From: Anaerolineae bacterium
GTDB lineage: Bacteria; Chloroflexota; Anaerolineae; B4-G1; DUEL01
Direction of reading: 5' to 3'
Assembly (NCBI GenBank): GCA_041082215.1
Contig: JBDOIF010000070.1
Coordinates: 1 to 37,540 of the forward strand
Length of the DNA stretch: 37,540 bases
A program made the position numbers and the translations under genes. Shown piece by piece: positions 1-8,796 of the stretch (position 1 is the first letter of the stretch; every line of letters begins with the position of its first letter). The notes beneath the pieces were generated by a model, which saw nothing but the letters and a program-made list of their open reading frames with translations, did no database searches and was not told the origin of the DNA.

Positions 1-2007
1 GTCCTCTGCGGCCCCGGCTCCGCCAAACCCGGCGCTGATGTGGTCCGCTGGGTGGGGGATCAGGTGGCCCTGGTCGTCGCCGGGACGGCGGAGGCCGCCG
101 CCCGCGCGCGGGACCGGATCCGGGTGGAGTATGAGGACCTGCCGGTGATCGCCGACCCCTTCGAGGCCCTCAAGCCCGGCGCCCCGCCCATCCACGAGCA
201 CCGCCAGCCCAGCGAGATCCACCCCGAGATCCGCACCGAGGGCAACCTCATCTGCCACCACCAGATCCGCAAAGGGGATGTGGAGGCCGCCTGGGCCGCC
301 TGCGACGTCATCGTCGAGGCCGACTACCACACCCCACCCCAGGAGCACGCCTACCTCCAGCCGGAGGCCGGCGTGGGCTACATAGACGAACAGGGCCGGG
401 TGACGGTGGTCGTCGGCGGGCAGTGGACCTGGGAGGACCAGCAGCAGATCGCCCACGCCCTCGACCTGCCGCCGGAGCAGGTCCGGGTGATCTACCCGGC
501 GATCGGCGGGGCCTTCGGCGGGCGGGAGGACATGTCGGTTCAGATTGTCCTGGCCCTGGCCGCCTGGAAGCTCCGCCGACCGGTCAGGATCGTCTGGAGC
601 CGGGAGGAGTCGGTCATCGGCCACTGCAAGCGCCACCCGATGTGGGCCCACTGCAAATGGGGCGCCACCCGCGATGGGAAGCTGGTCGCCGCTGAGGTCC
701 GCATCGTCGCCGACGGCGGCGCTTACTGCTACACCACCAACAAGGTCCTGGGCAACACCACGGTCACCTGCACCGGCCCCTACGAGATCCCCAACGTGAA
801 AGTAGATGTGGATGGGGTGTACACCAACAACCCGCCCAGCGGGGCCTTCCGCGGCTTCGGCGCGCCGCAGGGGATCTTCTTCGCCGAGATGCAGATGAAC
901 AGGCTGGCCGAGGCGCTGGGGATGGACCCCGTGGAGCTGCGGATGCGGAACCTCCTGCGGGAAGGGAGCCTCACCGCGATGGGCACCCCGCTGCCGGGCG
1001 GCGTGGGCCTGGTGGAGGTCACCGAGAAATGCGCCCTGGCCGCCGGCTGGGAAAAAACCGAACAGGGATGGCAGAAACCAAAGACGCGCCACGCACCACG
1101 CAATACGCAATACGCAGGAGGAATCGGCATCGCCGTCGGCTTCAAGAACGTCGGCTTCTCCTTCGGCTACCAGGAGAACTGCTGGGCGAAGATCGAACTG
1201 CGGGGTGGGGCGAAGATCGAGGAGGCGGTGGTCTATATCGGCGCGGCGGATGTGGGGCAGGGGAGCCATACGGTGATCCGGCAGATGGCGGCGGAGGCGC
1301 TGGGGGTGGAGCTGGAGCGGGTGCGGCTGGAGGTGGCGGATACGGCCACCAGCCCCCCCAGTTCTGGCTCCGTCTCCGCCTCGCGGATGACCTTTATGGC
1401 CGGCAACGCCATCCGTGGCGCAGCAGAGCGGGCGCTGGAGCGCTGGAAGGCCGAGGACCGGCCGGCGGTGGGGGAGTACACCTACCTGGCCCCCAGGACC
1501 ACCCCCTTCGACCCCCAGACCGGCTACGGAACCCCCAACTTCGCCTACGGCTACGTGGCCGAGGCGGTGGAGGTGGAGGTGGATACGGAGACGGGCCAGT
1601 TGCACCTGCTGCGCGTCGTCTGCGCCGACGACGTGGGCAGGGCGGTCAACCCCCGGCTGGTGGAGGGCCAGATCGAAGGGGGCGTGGTGCAGGCGCTGGG
1701 CTGGGCGACGGTGGAGAACTTCATCGCAGAGAAGGGCCGCATCCTCACCGACCGCCTCAGCACCTACCTCATCCCCACCGCGCTGGACGTGCCGGAGCGG
1801 GTGGAGTCCATCATCATAGAGAACCCCGACCCGCGCGGGCCGTGGGGGGCCAGGGGCATGGGGGAGATGCCCTTCATCTGCCTGGCCCCAGCCCTGGTTG
1901 CCGCCGTCCACGACGCTACAGGGGTCTGGTTCAACGAACTGCCGCTGACGCCGGAGAGGGTGCTTGAAGGGGTGACTGGGGGATTGGGTGACTGGGTGAC
2001 TGGGTGA
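1..2007 (+). CDS. Xanthine dehydrogenase family molybdopterin-binding subunit (5'-truncated by window)
   Basis: Frame is open from base 1. Motifs IGGAFGGR, AFRGFG, VGQG, GQIEGG and GARGMGE are typical of XdhA/CoxL-family large subunits. Confidence 0.93.
   Translation, partial: VLCGPGSAKPGADVVRWVGDQVALVVAGTAEAAARARDRIRVEYEDLPVIADPFEALKPGAPPIHEHRQPSEIHPEIRTEGNLICHHQIRKGDVEAAWAACDVIVEADYHTPPQEHAYLQPEAGVGYIDEQGRVTVVVGGQWTWEDQQQIAHALDLPPEQVRVIYPAIGGAFGGREDMSVQIVLALAAWKLRRPVRIVWSREESVIGHCKRHPMWAHCKWGATRDGKLVAAEVRIVADGGAYCYTTNKVLGNTTVTCTGPYEIPNVKVDVDGVYTNNPPSGAFRGFGAPQGIFFAEMQMNRLAEALGMDPVELRMRNLLREGSLTAMGTPLPGGVGLVEVTEKCALAAGWEKTEQGWQKPKTRHAPRNTQYAGGIGIAVGFKNVGFSFGYQENCWAKIELRGGAKIEEAVVYIGAADVGQGSHTVIRQMAAEALGVELERVRLEVADTATSPPSSGSVSASRMTFMAGNAIRGAAERALERWKAEDRPAVGEYTYLAPRTTPFDPQTGYGTPNFAYGYVAEAVEVEVDTETGQLHLLRVVCADDVGRAVNPRLVEGQIEGGVVQALGWATVENFIAEKGRILTDRLSTYLIPTALDVPERVESIIIENPDPRGPWGARGMGEMPFICLAPALVAAVHDATGVWFNELPLTPERVLEGVTGGLGDWVTG
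1081..1115 (+). repeat. Five 7-nt units (NNNACGC) inside the XDH coding sequence
   Basis: aagacgc gccacgc accacgc aatacgc aatacgc, encoding KTRHAPRNTQYA. The unit is the same as in the intergenic array at 24821. Confidence 0.8.
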
Positions 2008-2018
2008 TTGGGGGACTG
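1971..2018 (+). repeat. Six tandem 8-nt units GG(T/G)GA(C/T)TG
   Basis: ggtgactg ggggattg ggtgactg ggtgactg ggtgattg ggggactg; contains the XDH stop codon. Confidence 0.92.
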
Positions 2019-2050
2019 AGAGACAACGCAGATGACATGGAGGCAGTCCG

Positions 2051-2431
2051 ATGAGAAAGTACGAGGAGTTGGAGGACCTGGAGGTTTACCAATTGGCAGT
2101 GCGGTTGGCGGATCAGGTGTGGGAACTTGTGTCGAAATGGTCGCCCTTTGCGCAGGATACGCTGGGAAAACAACTGGTGCGGGCGGCCGATTCGATAGCG
2201 GCCAATATCGCCGGGTCCTGCGGACGGTTCCACTACGGTGAGCGAATCCAGCACCTGTATTATGCCCGTGGTTCTCTTTATGAAACCCACCATTGGGTCC
2301 GCCGCAGCCACGCCCGTGGCCTGATCGGCCAACCCGACCATAACGACCTTTCCCGCCAACTGATTATCCTGACCCCTAAACTCAATGCCTACATCACCAG
2401 TAAAAAGCACCAGCGCCAAATAACCAAGTAA
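2051..2431 (+). CDS. Four-helix-bundle protein (23S rRNA IVP / bAvd-like family)
   Basis: 126 aa with LEVYQLA, QLVRAADSIAANIAG and YARGSLYET motifs; GGAGG RBS upstream. Confidence 0.92.
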   Translation: MRKYEELEDLEVYQLAVRLADQVWELVSKWSPFAQDTLGKQLVRAADSIAANIAGSCGRFHYGERIQHLYYARGSLYETHHWVRRSHARGLIGQPDHNDLSRQLIILTPKLNAYITSKKHQRQITK

Positions 2432-2459
2432 CCAGTTGACAATGACCAACCATACCAAT
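2417..2459 (+). repeat. Degenerate 8-nt array (CAANTAAC-like) over the four-helix-bundle stop
   Basis: caaataac caagtaac cagttgac aatgac caac catac caat; loosely complementary to the upstream 8-mer array. Confidence 0.65.
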
Positions 2460-2942
2460 AGAAGATCACATAGCCTGTTCCACCCCGACGACCGCGTCCT
2501 GGTCGCTGTGATGAACAACCCCCGCGATTTCGAGATCGCCCGGGAAGAGGGCTGGTATCGCATCCCGTTGAAGCACGCCCCGCCCGCCACGACCGAGGCG
2601 ACGGTGCTGGCCTTTTACTTCACAAAGGCGTTTGGCGAAGAGAGCTGGGCTATCCACTGGTACGCACCGGTGCGGGGGCATGAGCTGGTGCGGCGGCGGG
2701 ACCTGCTGCCTGAAGAGCCGGACCACCCGCGGGCCGATGAGCTGTACTACAAGGTGCAGTTGGGGCCGCTGGAGCGGCTGGAGCCGCCCATCCCCAGCTT
2801 CCGCTGGCGCCGGATCGCCTTCATTGAAACCTCGTGGGACCGGTTCGTCACGGCGCGGGAGGTACATGAACTGCTCGGCCCCGACGCCGAAGGCCGGTTC
2901 GTGACGCTGATGGACGCCGCATGGGAGGAAGACGCTTACTGA
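2442..2942 (+). CDS. Hypothetical protein, possible PUA/EVE-like nucleic-acid-binding domain
   Basis: ORF with VLVAVMNN..D..IAREEGWYRIP and FYFTKAFG motifs. ATG at 2442 preferred to TTG at 2436. The fold call is inference. Confidence 0.7.
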   Translation: MTNHTNRRSHSLFHPDDRVLVAVMNNPRDFEIAREEGWYRIPLKHAPPATTEATVLAFYFTKAFGEESWAIHWYAPVRGHELVRRRDLLPEEPDHPRADELYYKVQLGPLERLEPPIPSFRWRRIAFIETSWDRFVTAREVHELLGPDAEGRFVTLMDAAWEEDAY

Positions 2943-2958
2943 CCGATGAGGAACCGCT

Positions 2959-4002
2959 ATGAACGAGACCGTACAACAGGAGCTGAAAGAGCCGTCCCCT
3001 CTGCTGGACGCAGCGGGCAGGCTGACCAGGGTCGGCTGGTCGAGGCAGCCGCTGCTGGACTGTAACCTGGAGAACGTCCGCTTCTATGCTTTCCGTCCGC
3101 TCCAGCGCTTCCGCATCAAGCGCTGGGATTACTACGGGGTGACGACCCCTGATCACTTCTTCTCCTTCACCCTGGCCGATTTAGGTTATGCCGGCCAGGT
3201 CTTCGCCTATGTGGTTGACTTCGGGACCAGGGTGGTCTATGAGGACACACTGACCATCCCCTTCGCTTCGGGGATCGTCCTCCCCCGCAACAGCACCGAT
3301 GGGCGAAGTGCGTATGAGGGGAAGAACGCGCGCCTCGTCTTCGAAGCGGAAGCGGGGGGGCGGCGTGTTCTGGCCGACTGGCCCGGTTTTGCCGGACGAG
3401 GGCTTTCGGCAGAGATCGCCCTCGAGCTGCCGGCGGAACACGAGTCTATGACCATCGTCATCCCCATCGGCAGGAAACGGTTCTACTACAACCGCAAGGT
3501 CAACTGCATGCCTGCCAGGGGGTGGGTGACGTTTGACGGCGAACGGATGGAGATCACGCCAGACCGGTGTCTGGGGAACCTGGACTGGGGCCGGGGGGTG
3601 TGGGAGTACCGCTCCTTCTGGGTCTGGGCCAGCGCCTCAGGGTTCCTCGCCGATGGACGCCGCCTGGGCCTCAACCTGGGCTTCGGCTTCGGCGACACGT
3701 CGGCCGCGACGGAAAACGGTCTCATCCTCGACGGTCGCATCCACAAACTGGCCCGGGTTGATTTCGCCTACGACCCCACGGACTTTATGAAGCCGTGGCG
3801 GATGGCCTCTCTGGACGGTCGGTTGGACCTGGAGTTCGTGCCTTTCCTGGAGCGGGTGGCAGCGACCCATCTCCTGATCATTGACAGCGAGGTCCACCAG
3901 ATGTTCGGCCGCTACCACGGCACGGTGCGGACAGATCAGGGGGAGACGGTCCGGCTGGAGGGGCTGGTCGGCTTTGCCGAGGAGCACCACGCCCGCTGGT
4001 AG
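2959..4002 (+). CDS. DUF2804 family protein
   Basis: 347 aa with KRWDYY, LDWGRGVW..W.WAS, TEN and VHQMFGRY..EEHHARW motifs. Confidence 0.85.
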   Translation: MNETVQQELKEPSPLLDAAGRLTRVGWSRQPLLDCNLENVRFYAFRPLQRFRIKRWDYYGVTTPDHFFSFTLADLGYAGQVFAYVVDFGTRVVYEDTLTIPFASGIVLPRNSTDGRSAYEGKNARLVFEAEAGGRRVLADWPGFAGRGLSAEIALELPAEHESMTIVIPIGRKRFYYNRKVNCMPARGWVTFDGERMEITPDRCLGNLDWGRGVWEYRSFWVWASASGFLADGRRLGLNLGFGFGDTSAATENGLILDGRIHKLARVDFAYDPTDFMKPWRMASLDGRLDLEFVPFLERVAATHLLIIDSEVHQMFGRYHGTVRTDQGETVRLEGLVGFAEEHHARW

Positions 4003-4010
4003 CGGCCACC

Positions 4011-5048
4011 CTATAACGTCAAAGTGACCTTGCGCAGGCCACGGGGGCTGTCGGGGTCGTACCCCTTGGCCCGGGTGAGGTGGTAACAGAAGAGCTGTGC
4101 GGGGATGATGCTGACCAGAGGGCTGACCCATTCGGGGAGGCCGCCCGGAAGAGGGAGTGGGGTGCGGGCCAGGGCCAGGGCCTCCTCCATATCCGAGATG
4201 ACGACCAGTTCGGCCCGATGCTCGTCGGCCAGTTCGTTCAGCAGGGAAAACATATCGGCGCAGGCGTCGCCGGACGGCGCGACCGCCAGCACGGGGAATC
4301 CGGGCTCCACCAGGGCGATGGGGCCGTGGCGGAGCTCGGCTGAGGAGTACGGTTCGGCGATGACGTAGGCCAGCTCCTTGATCTTCAACGCCCACTCAAA
4401 GGCGGTGGCGTAGTTGTACCCCCGGCCCAGCACCACGCACCGTTCCATGTATCGGTAGCGCTCCGTTCCCTCCTCCACTTTCGTCTCCAGCCCCAGCGCC
4501 TGCTCCGCCGCCTCCGGTACGTATTCCAGCGCCTTCCAGCGGTCTTCATCCCCCTCCATCGCCGCTGAGAGCATCGCCACCGCCATCAGTTGGGCAGTGT
4601 AGGTCTTGGTGGCGGCCACCGACCGCTCCTCTCCCGCGCCGATGTCCACCATCAGCTCCGCCGCCCGGCCCAGTGGCGAGTCGGGGGCGTTGGTGATGGC
4701 CAGGGTCAGCGCACCCTGCTGCCGCCCCTCGGCCACTACAGCGACGATGTCGGGCGACTGGCCGGACTGGGAGATCCCTACCACGAGGGCCCCCTCCAGG
4801 ACCGGGGGGCGCCGATAAAGGGTGAAGAGGGACGGAGCGGCCAGGGCGACCGGTAGCCGGTTGAAGGCCCCCCACAGGTACTTGGCGTACAGCCCGGCGT
4901 GGTCGGAGGTGCCCCGCGCCGCCAGGAAGACGAAGCGGACCCCCCTTTCGCGGATGGTCCGCCCTATCTCCTTGATGTTCTCCCTCTGGCCCTCCAGAAG
5001 GCGGGCCAGCACTGCCGGCTGTTCCCATATCTCCGAACGCAAACTCAT
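4011..5048 (-). CDS. Double-SIS-domain protein, GlmS-isomerase-like glucosamine-6-phosphate deaminase (NagB-II type)
   Basis: EIWEQP, ARGTS, ISQSGQSPD, VAATKTY, HGP and PRGLRKVT motifs; no glutaminase domain. ATG at 5048. Confidence 0.88.
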   Translation of the reverse strand: MSLRSEIWEQPAVLARLLEGQRENIKEIGRTIRERGVRFVFLAARGTSDHAGLYAKYLWGAFNRLPVALAAPSLFTLYRRPPVLEGALVVGISQSGQSPDIVAVVAEGRQQGALTLAITNAPDSPLGRAAELMVDIGAGEERSVAATKTYTAQLMAVAMLSAAMEGDEDRWKALEYVPEAAEQALGLETKVEEGTERYRYMERCVVLGRGYNYATAFEWALKIKELAYVIAEPYSSAELRHGPIALVEPGFPVLAVAPSGDACADMFSLLNELADEHRAELVVISDMEEALALARTPLPLPGGLPEWVSPLVSIIPAQLFCYHLTRAKGYDPDSPRGLRKVTLTL

Positions 5049-5065
5049 CCTTCCCCCTGTCCCCT

Positions 5066-6661
5066 TCACATCCTCACATTATACCCCAGAGGGTACATTC
5101 CCGGAATCGAGACAGGGAGCCGCCCCTGGAAGGGGACCTCACCCCAGAGTCCCTTTGCCAGGGCATCCATAGAGGGGTCCACAATGCTGTAGGTGCACAG
5201 ATAGGTGGGCGCGTCGGGATAGGCCAGCAGGTCGTAGGGCAGCCGCAGCGCGACGGCGATGACGTGTGCCCCCTCCTCCAGCAGCGCCCTCACCACCGCC
5301 GCCTGGCGGGGTTCCTGGAAGGCATTGATCGTGCCGACGACGAAGAGGTCATACCGGCCGGCCTGCTCCCGCAGGGCGGCGATGTCCCTACTGGAGGGAG
5401 CGTAGGGGATGACGAATTCCTCCACCGCCGGGTGGTATCGCCGCAATGCGTCCGCCAGCCGGCAGGTGATGGAGGAGGAGGTATCGGCGGGGGTCAGGTC
5501 GGTGGGGCGAACCACCACAGCGGCGATGCGTCCGTCCGGGGAGAGGCGCAGGGGGAGGAGGCCCGCCTCGTCGCGGACCAGGGTGATGGAGCGGGCGGCG
5601 ACCTCGGCGGCCAGTGCCTGGTGTTCAGCACAGCCCACCACCTCCAGCAGGGGCTGGGGCCGTCCGGCCAGCCACCGCTTCAGCGCCAGCACCCTCTCCG
5701 CCGACTGGACCACCTCGGCCGGGTCCAGCAGCCTCCGTTCGGCCGCCCGCAGTAATCCGGCATAGACTGCCTGTTGCGCCGCTCGATCCGCATCCAGCAG
5801 CAGCAGGTCCACCCCCGCCCGCGTGGCGGCGATGCTATCCACTACCAGCTCGTCCTTTCCCCCCAGGGCGGCCATATTCATCGCGTCGCTGATGATTACC
5901 CCTTCGAACCCCATCTCTCCCCGCAGCACCCCTTTCAGGAGGGCAGGCGAGAGGGTTGAGGGTAGAGGCACATCGTCGTTGAGGCGTGGGAAGGCTACGT
6001 GGGTCGTCATCACCACGCGCACCCCGGCCCCGACCGCCGCCCGGAAGGGCACCCACTCGACCTGCTCCAGCCGTTCTCGACTGTGGGGCACGATGGGCAG
6101 TTCGTAGTGGGAGTCGCTTGCGGTGTCGCCGTGGCCGGGGAAGTGCTTGGCCGTCGCCGCCACTCCCGCCGACTGAAGTCCCTCCACCATCGCCGCTCCC
6201 AGCCTGGCCACCAGGTGGGGATCCTCTCCAAAGGAGCGGACCCCGATGACGGGGTTGCGGGGGTTGCTGTTCACATCGCAGACGGGGGCGTAGTTCACGT
6301 TGACCCCCATCGCCGCCAGCTCCCGGCCCACCACCTCTCCTGCCCGCCGGGCCAGCTCCTCCGAGCCGGTTGCGCCCAGGGCCATGTTGCCGGGCAGGGG
6401 GGTCGTATCGCCGATCGCCGTCAACTGCCCCCCCTCCTGGTCGGCGGCGATGAGCAGCGGGGACTGGCCCGCCTCCGCCGCAGCCGCCTGGAGCGCTGCC
6501 GTCAGCCGCCGCACCTGGGCCGGATTCTCCACGTTGAGGAAGCGGAAGAGAGTAACGCCCCCTGCCCCCCACTCCCGGATTGCCCCCAGAACGTGCTCGT
6601 CCGGCTCCGTCCCGGCGAAGGCCACCATCAACTTCTGGCCGACGGCCTGCTCCAGCCTCAT
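5066..6661 (-). CDS. nagZ: GH3 beta-N-acetylhexosaminidase
   Basis: DQEGG, RSFG, KHFPGHGDTASDSH and SDAMNM motifs. Real start is MRLEQ at 6661, not 7384. Confidence 0.9.
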   Translation of the reverse strand: MRLEQAVGQKLMVAFAGTEPDEHVLGAIREWGAGGVTLFRFLNVENPAQVRRLTAALQAAAAEAGQSPLLIAADQEGGQLTAIGDTTPLPGNMALGATGSEELARRAGEVVGRELAAMGVNVNYAPVCDVNSNPRNPVIGVRSFGEDPHLVARLGAAMVEGLQSAGVAATAKHFPGHGDTASDSHYELPIVPHSRERLEQVEWVPFRAAVGAGVRVVMTTHVAFPRLNDDVPLPSTLSPALLKGVLRGEMGFEGVIISDAMNMAALGGKDELVVDSIAATRAGVDLLLLDADRAAQQAVYAGLLRAAERRLLDPAEVVQSAERVLALKRWLAGRPQPLLEVVGCAEHQALAAEVAARSITLVRDEAGLLPLRLSPDGRIAAVVVRPTDLTPADTSSSITCRLADALRRYHPAVEEFVIPYAPSSRDIAALREQAGRYDLFVVGTINAFQEPRQAAVVRALLEEGAHVIAVALRLPYDLLAYPDAPTYLCTYSIVDPSMDALAKGLWGEVPFQGRLPVSIPGMYPLGYNVRM

Positions 6662-6687
6662 CTTTCCCCTCCCCGTGTCTCCGCACC

Positions 6688-7539
6688 CTACCCCTTCACC
6701 CCGCTCAGGATCACGCTCTCGAAGACCTGGCGCTGGGCGGCGAGGAAGGCAGCCACCAGTGGCAGAAGGGTCAGCACCGAGGCGGCCATAATCGTGGGCC
6801 ACGGCTGCTCTACCATCTGGGGGTTCCGCATCGCGGCGATGGCGATGGGGAGGGTATGCAGCGACCGGCGCGTCAGATAGATCACCGGCAACTGGAGGGA
6901 GTTCCAGTGGGCCACGAAGAGGAAGATGGTGACCGTCGCCAGGATCGGTCGGCAGGCGGGGAGAAGGATGTGCCACCAGATCTGAAGGTGGTTGGCCCCG
7001 TCTATGAGCGCCGCCTCGTCCAGCTCCCGTGGGAGCGACATCATAAACTGCCGCAGGAGGAAGATGTAGAGGGCGCTCCCGGCGAAAAAGCCGGGGATGG
7101 TGATCGGGTTGAAGGTCCCCACCCACCCGATACGGCTGAAGAGCACGTATTGGGGCACCAGCGTCGTCTGCATCGGCAGCATCAGGGTGGAGAGCATCAG
7201 GAAGAAGACGACATCCCGCCCCGGCCACTCGATCCGGCTGAAAGCGTAGGCGGCCAGGCTGATGGAGATCACCGTCCCTCCCACAGCCAGAAGCGTCACG
7301 AAGACAGAGTTGCCGAAATAGACGAGCCAGTCGGGATCGGTCAGCAGCCGGGCGTATGCCTCCAGTTGCGGCCTCGCCGGCCACCAGACGACCCGTGGGG
7401 CGTTCGCCTCCTCCATCGTCTTTAACGAGGTGGAGACCATCCAGAAGAGCGGGAAGAGGGTGAAGAGACCCCCGGCGATGAGGAGCAGGTAGATGAGGAG
7501 GCGGTAAATCCCTCTTCGAACGACGAATCGGCTCGGCAT
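6688..7539 (-). CDS. Carbohydrate ABC transporter permease (MalG-like)
   Basis: EAA loop ELDEAALIDGA; multiple hydrophobic segments. Confidence 0.93.
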   Translation of the reverse strand: MPSRFVVRRGIYRLLIYLLLIAGGLFTLFPLFWMVSTSLKTMEEANAPRVVWWPARPQLEAYARLLTDPDWLVYFGNSVFVTLLAVGGTVISISLAAYAFSRIEWPGRDVVFFLMLSTLMLPMQTTLVPQYVLFSRIGWVGTFNPITIPGFFAGSALYIFLLRQFMMSLPRELDEAALIDGANHLQIWWHILLPACRPILATVTIFLFVAHWNSLQLPVIYLTRRSLHTLPIAIAAMRNPQMVEQPWPTIMAASVLTLLPLVAAFLAAQRQVFESVILSGVKG

Positions 7540-7551
7540 CTGCCTCCTCCT

Positions 7552-8715
7552 TCAGGCGTAATGGACCCAGCGCCTGCTCAGCCGGAACTGGATGAGGGTG
7601 AGGACCAGGACGATGACCAGCAGGAGCCAGGACATCGCCGCCCCATAACCGATCTTGTTGAAGCGGAAGGTGGAGCGCCAGAGGTAGTAGGCGACGAAGT
7701 AGGTGGACTCGGCTGGCCCCCCGTTCTCTGTGAGCACGTAGGACTGCTCAAAGATCTGCAGCGTGGCGATGATGCCGACCACCAGGTTGTAGAAGGTGGC
7801 AGGGGAAATGAGGGGGAGGATGACGTGCCGCAATTGCTGCCAGGGGCTGGCCCCGTCCACCCGCGCGGCCTCCAGGATCTCCCGGGGGATGCCCAGGAGG
7901 GCAGACAGGTAGATCAGCATCATCGCGCCGGAGCTCCAGATGCCGATCAGGATCAGGGCCGGCTTCGACCAGAGCTGGTCCTGGTGCCATAAAGGAATGG
8001 CGCCGGGGGTGGGGAACCCTCGTTCCACGATCCGGTGGAGCAGCGTGTAATCGCCTCGCTGTAGCCCCATCAGGGCAGCGCTGGATAGCTCCACCAGGTA
8101 CACCCCGGCCCGGGTGAGCCATTCGAAGGGAGGGATGGCCTCCCCTATTTCCCGGATGATGGTGTTGAGGATGCCGTTGTTGGGGTTCAGGACCAGCCGC
8201 CAGGTGATCAGCATTGCCGAGCTGGTTGCCAGCATCACCGGGAGGTAATAGATGATACGGAAGAGATGGTGGCCCCTGAGCTGCTGATAGAGCAGCAGAG
8301 CCACCGCCAGGGCTGCCCCCATCTGAAGCGGCAAACCCAGCACGGTCATGTAGAGGGAGTTGAGCAGCGACACACGAAACTTCTGGTCGCCTGTCAGCAG
8401 CTCGATGTAGTTCTCCAGCCCCACCCACTGGGGAGGCTCAGGGAGCTTGTAGCGGGTGAAGCCCCAGTAGAGGGAGGCCAGCGTCGGCCCGAGGACGAAG
8501 AGCAGGTAGCCCACGATCCAGGGTGAGGCGAAGAAGTATCCCCAGAAGGTGCGATGCCGGTACATCCGGTCTTTCCCCCGGACCCGGGCGAGCCACCTGG
8601 CCGCCCCGCCGACGGCGAGGCTGGAAAGAATGATGAAGACGACGGTCGCTGCAGCCCATATCGAGGTGAACAGCCTGGGGTTCGATTCAGCCAGATCGGC
8701 CAGAAAAGCCGGCAT
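7552..8715 (-). CDS. Carbohydrate ABC transporter permease (MalF-like)
   Basis: WVGLENY and EAARVDGA motifs; multiple hydrophobic segments. Confidence 0.93.
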   Translation of the reverse strand: MPAFLADLAESNPRLFTSIWAAATVVFIILSSLAVGGAARWLARVRGKDRMYRHRTFWGYFFASPWIVGYLLFVLGPTLASLYWGFTRYKLPEPPQWVGLENYIELLTGDQKFRVSLLNSLYMTVLGLPLQMGAALAVALLLYQQLRGHHLFRIIYYLPVMLATSSAMLITWRLVLNPNNGILNTIIREIGEAIPPFEWLTRAGVYLVELSSAALMGLQRGDYTLLHRIVERGFPTPGAIPLWHQDQLWSKPALILIGIWSSGAMMLIYLSALLGIPREILEAARVDGASPWQQLRHVILPLISPATFYNLVVGIIATLQIFEQSYVLTENGGPAESTYFVAYYLWRSTFRFNKIGYGAAMSWLLLVIVLVLTLIQFRLSRRWVHYA

Positions 8716-8731
8716 AGAGCTTCTCCTTGGG

Positions 8732-8784
8732 GGGAACCCTCACCCCCATGAGCCGGATGGACCGGCAAGGGGGGTGAGGGTCCC
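8732..8784. other. Strong intergenic hairpin between binding-protein and permease genes
   Basis: ACCCTCACCCCC pairs with GGGGGTGAGGGT, with an inner GCCGG/CCGGC stem; no U-tract. Confidence 0.7.
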
Positions 8785-8796
8785 GCTGCCCCGTCG

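Noticed and set aside
2051..2431. Diversity-generating retroelement (Avd-like gene)
   Set aside because: No reverse transcriptase and no TR/VR pair differing at adenines seen in the window.
6662..7384. N-terminal extensions in the ORF track (GH3 from 7384, PIG-L from 12229, rarA from 20905, OFOR from 20936, TusA from 25217)
   Set aside because: They overlap neighbouring genes or repeats; family-typical sequence begins at downstream starts.
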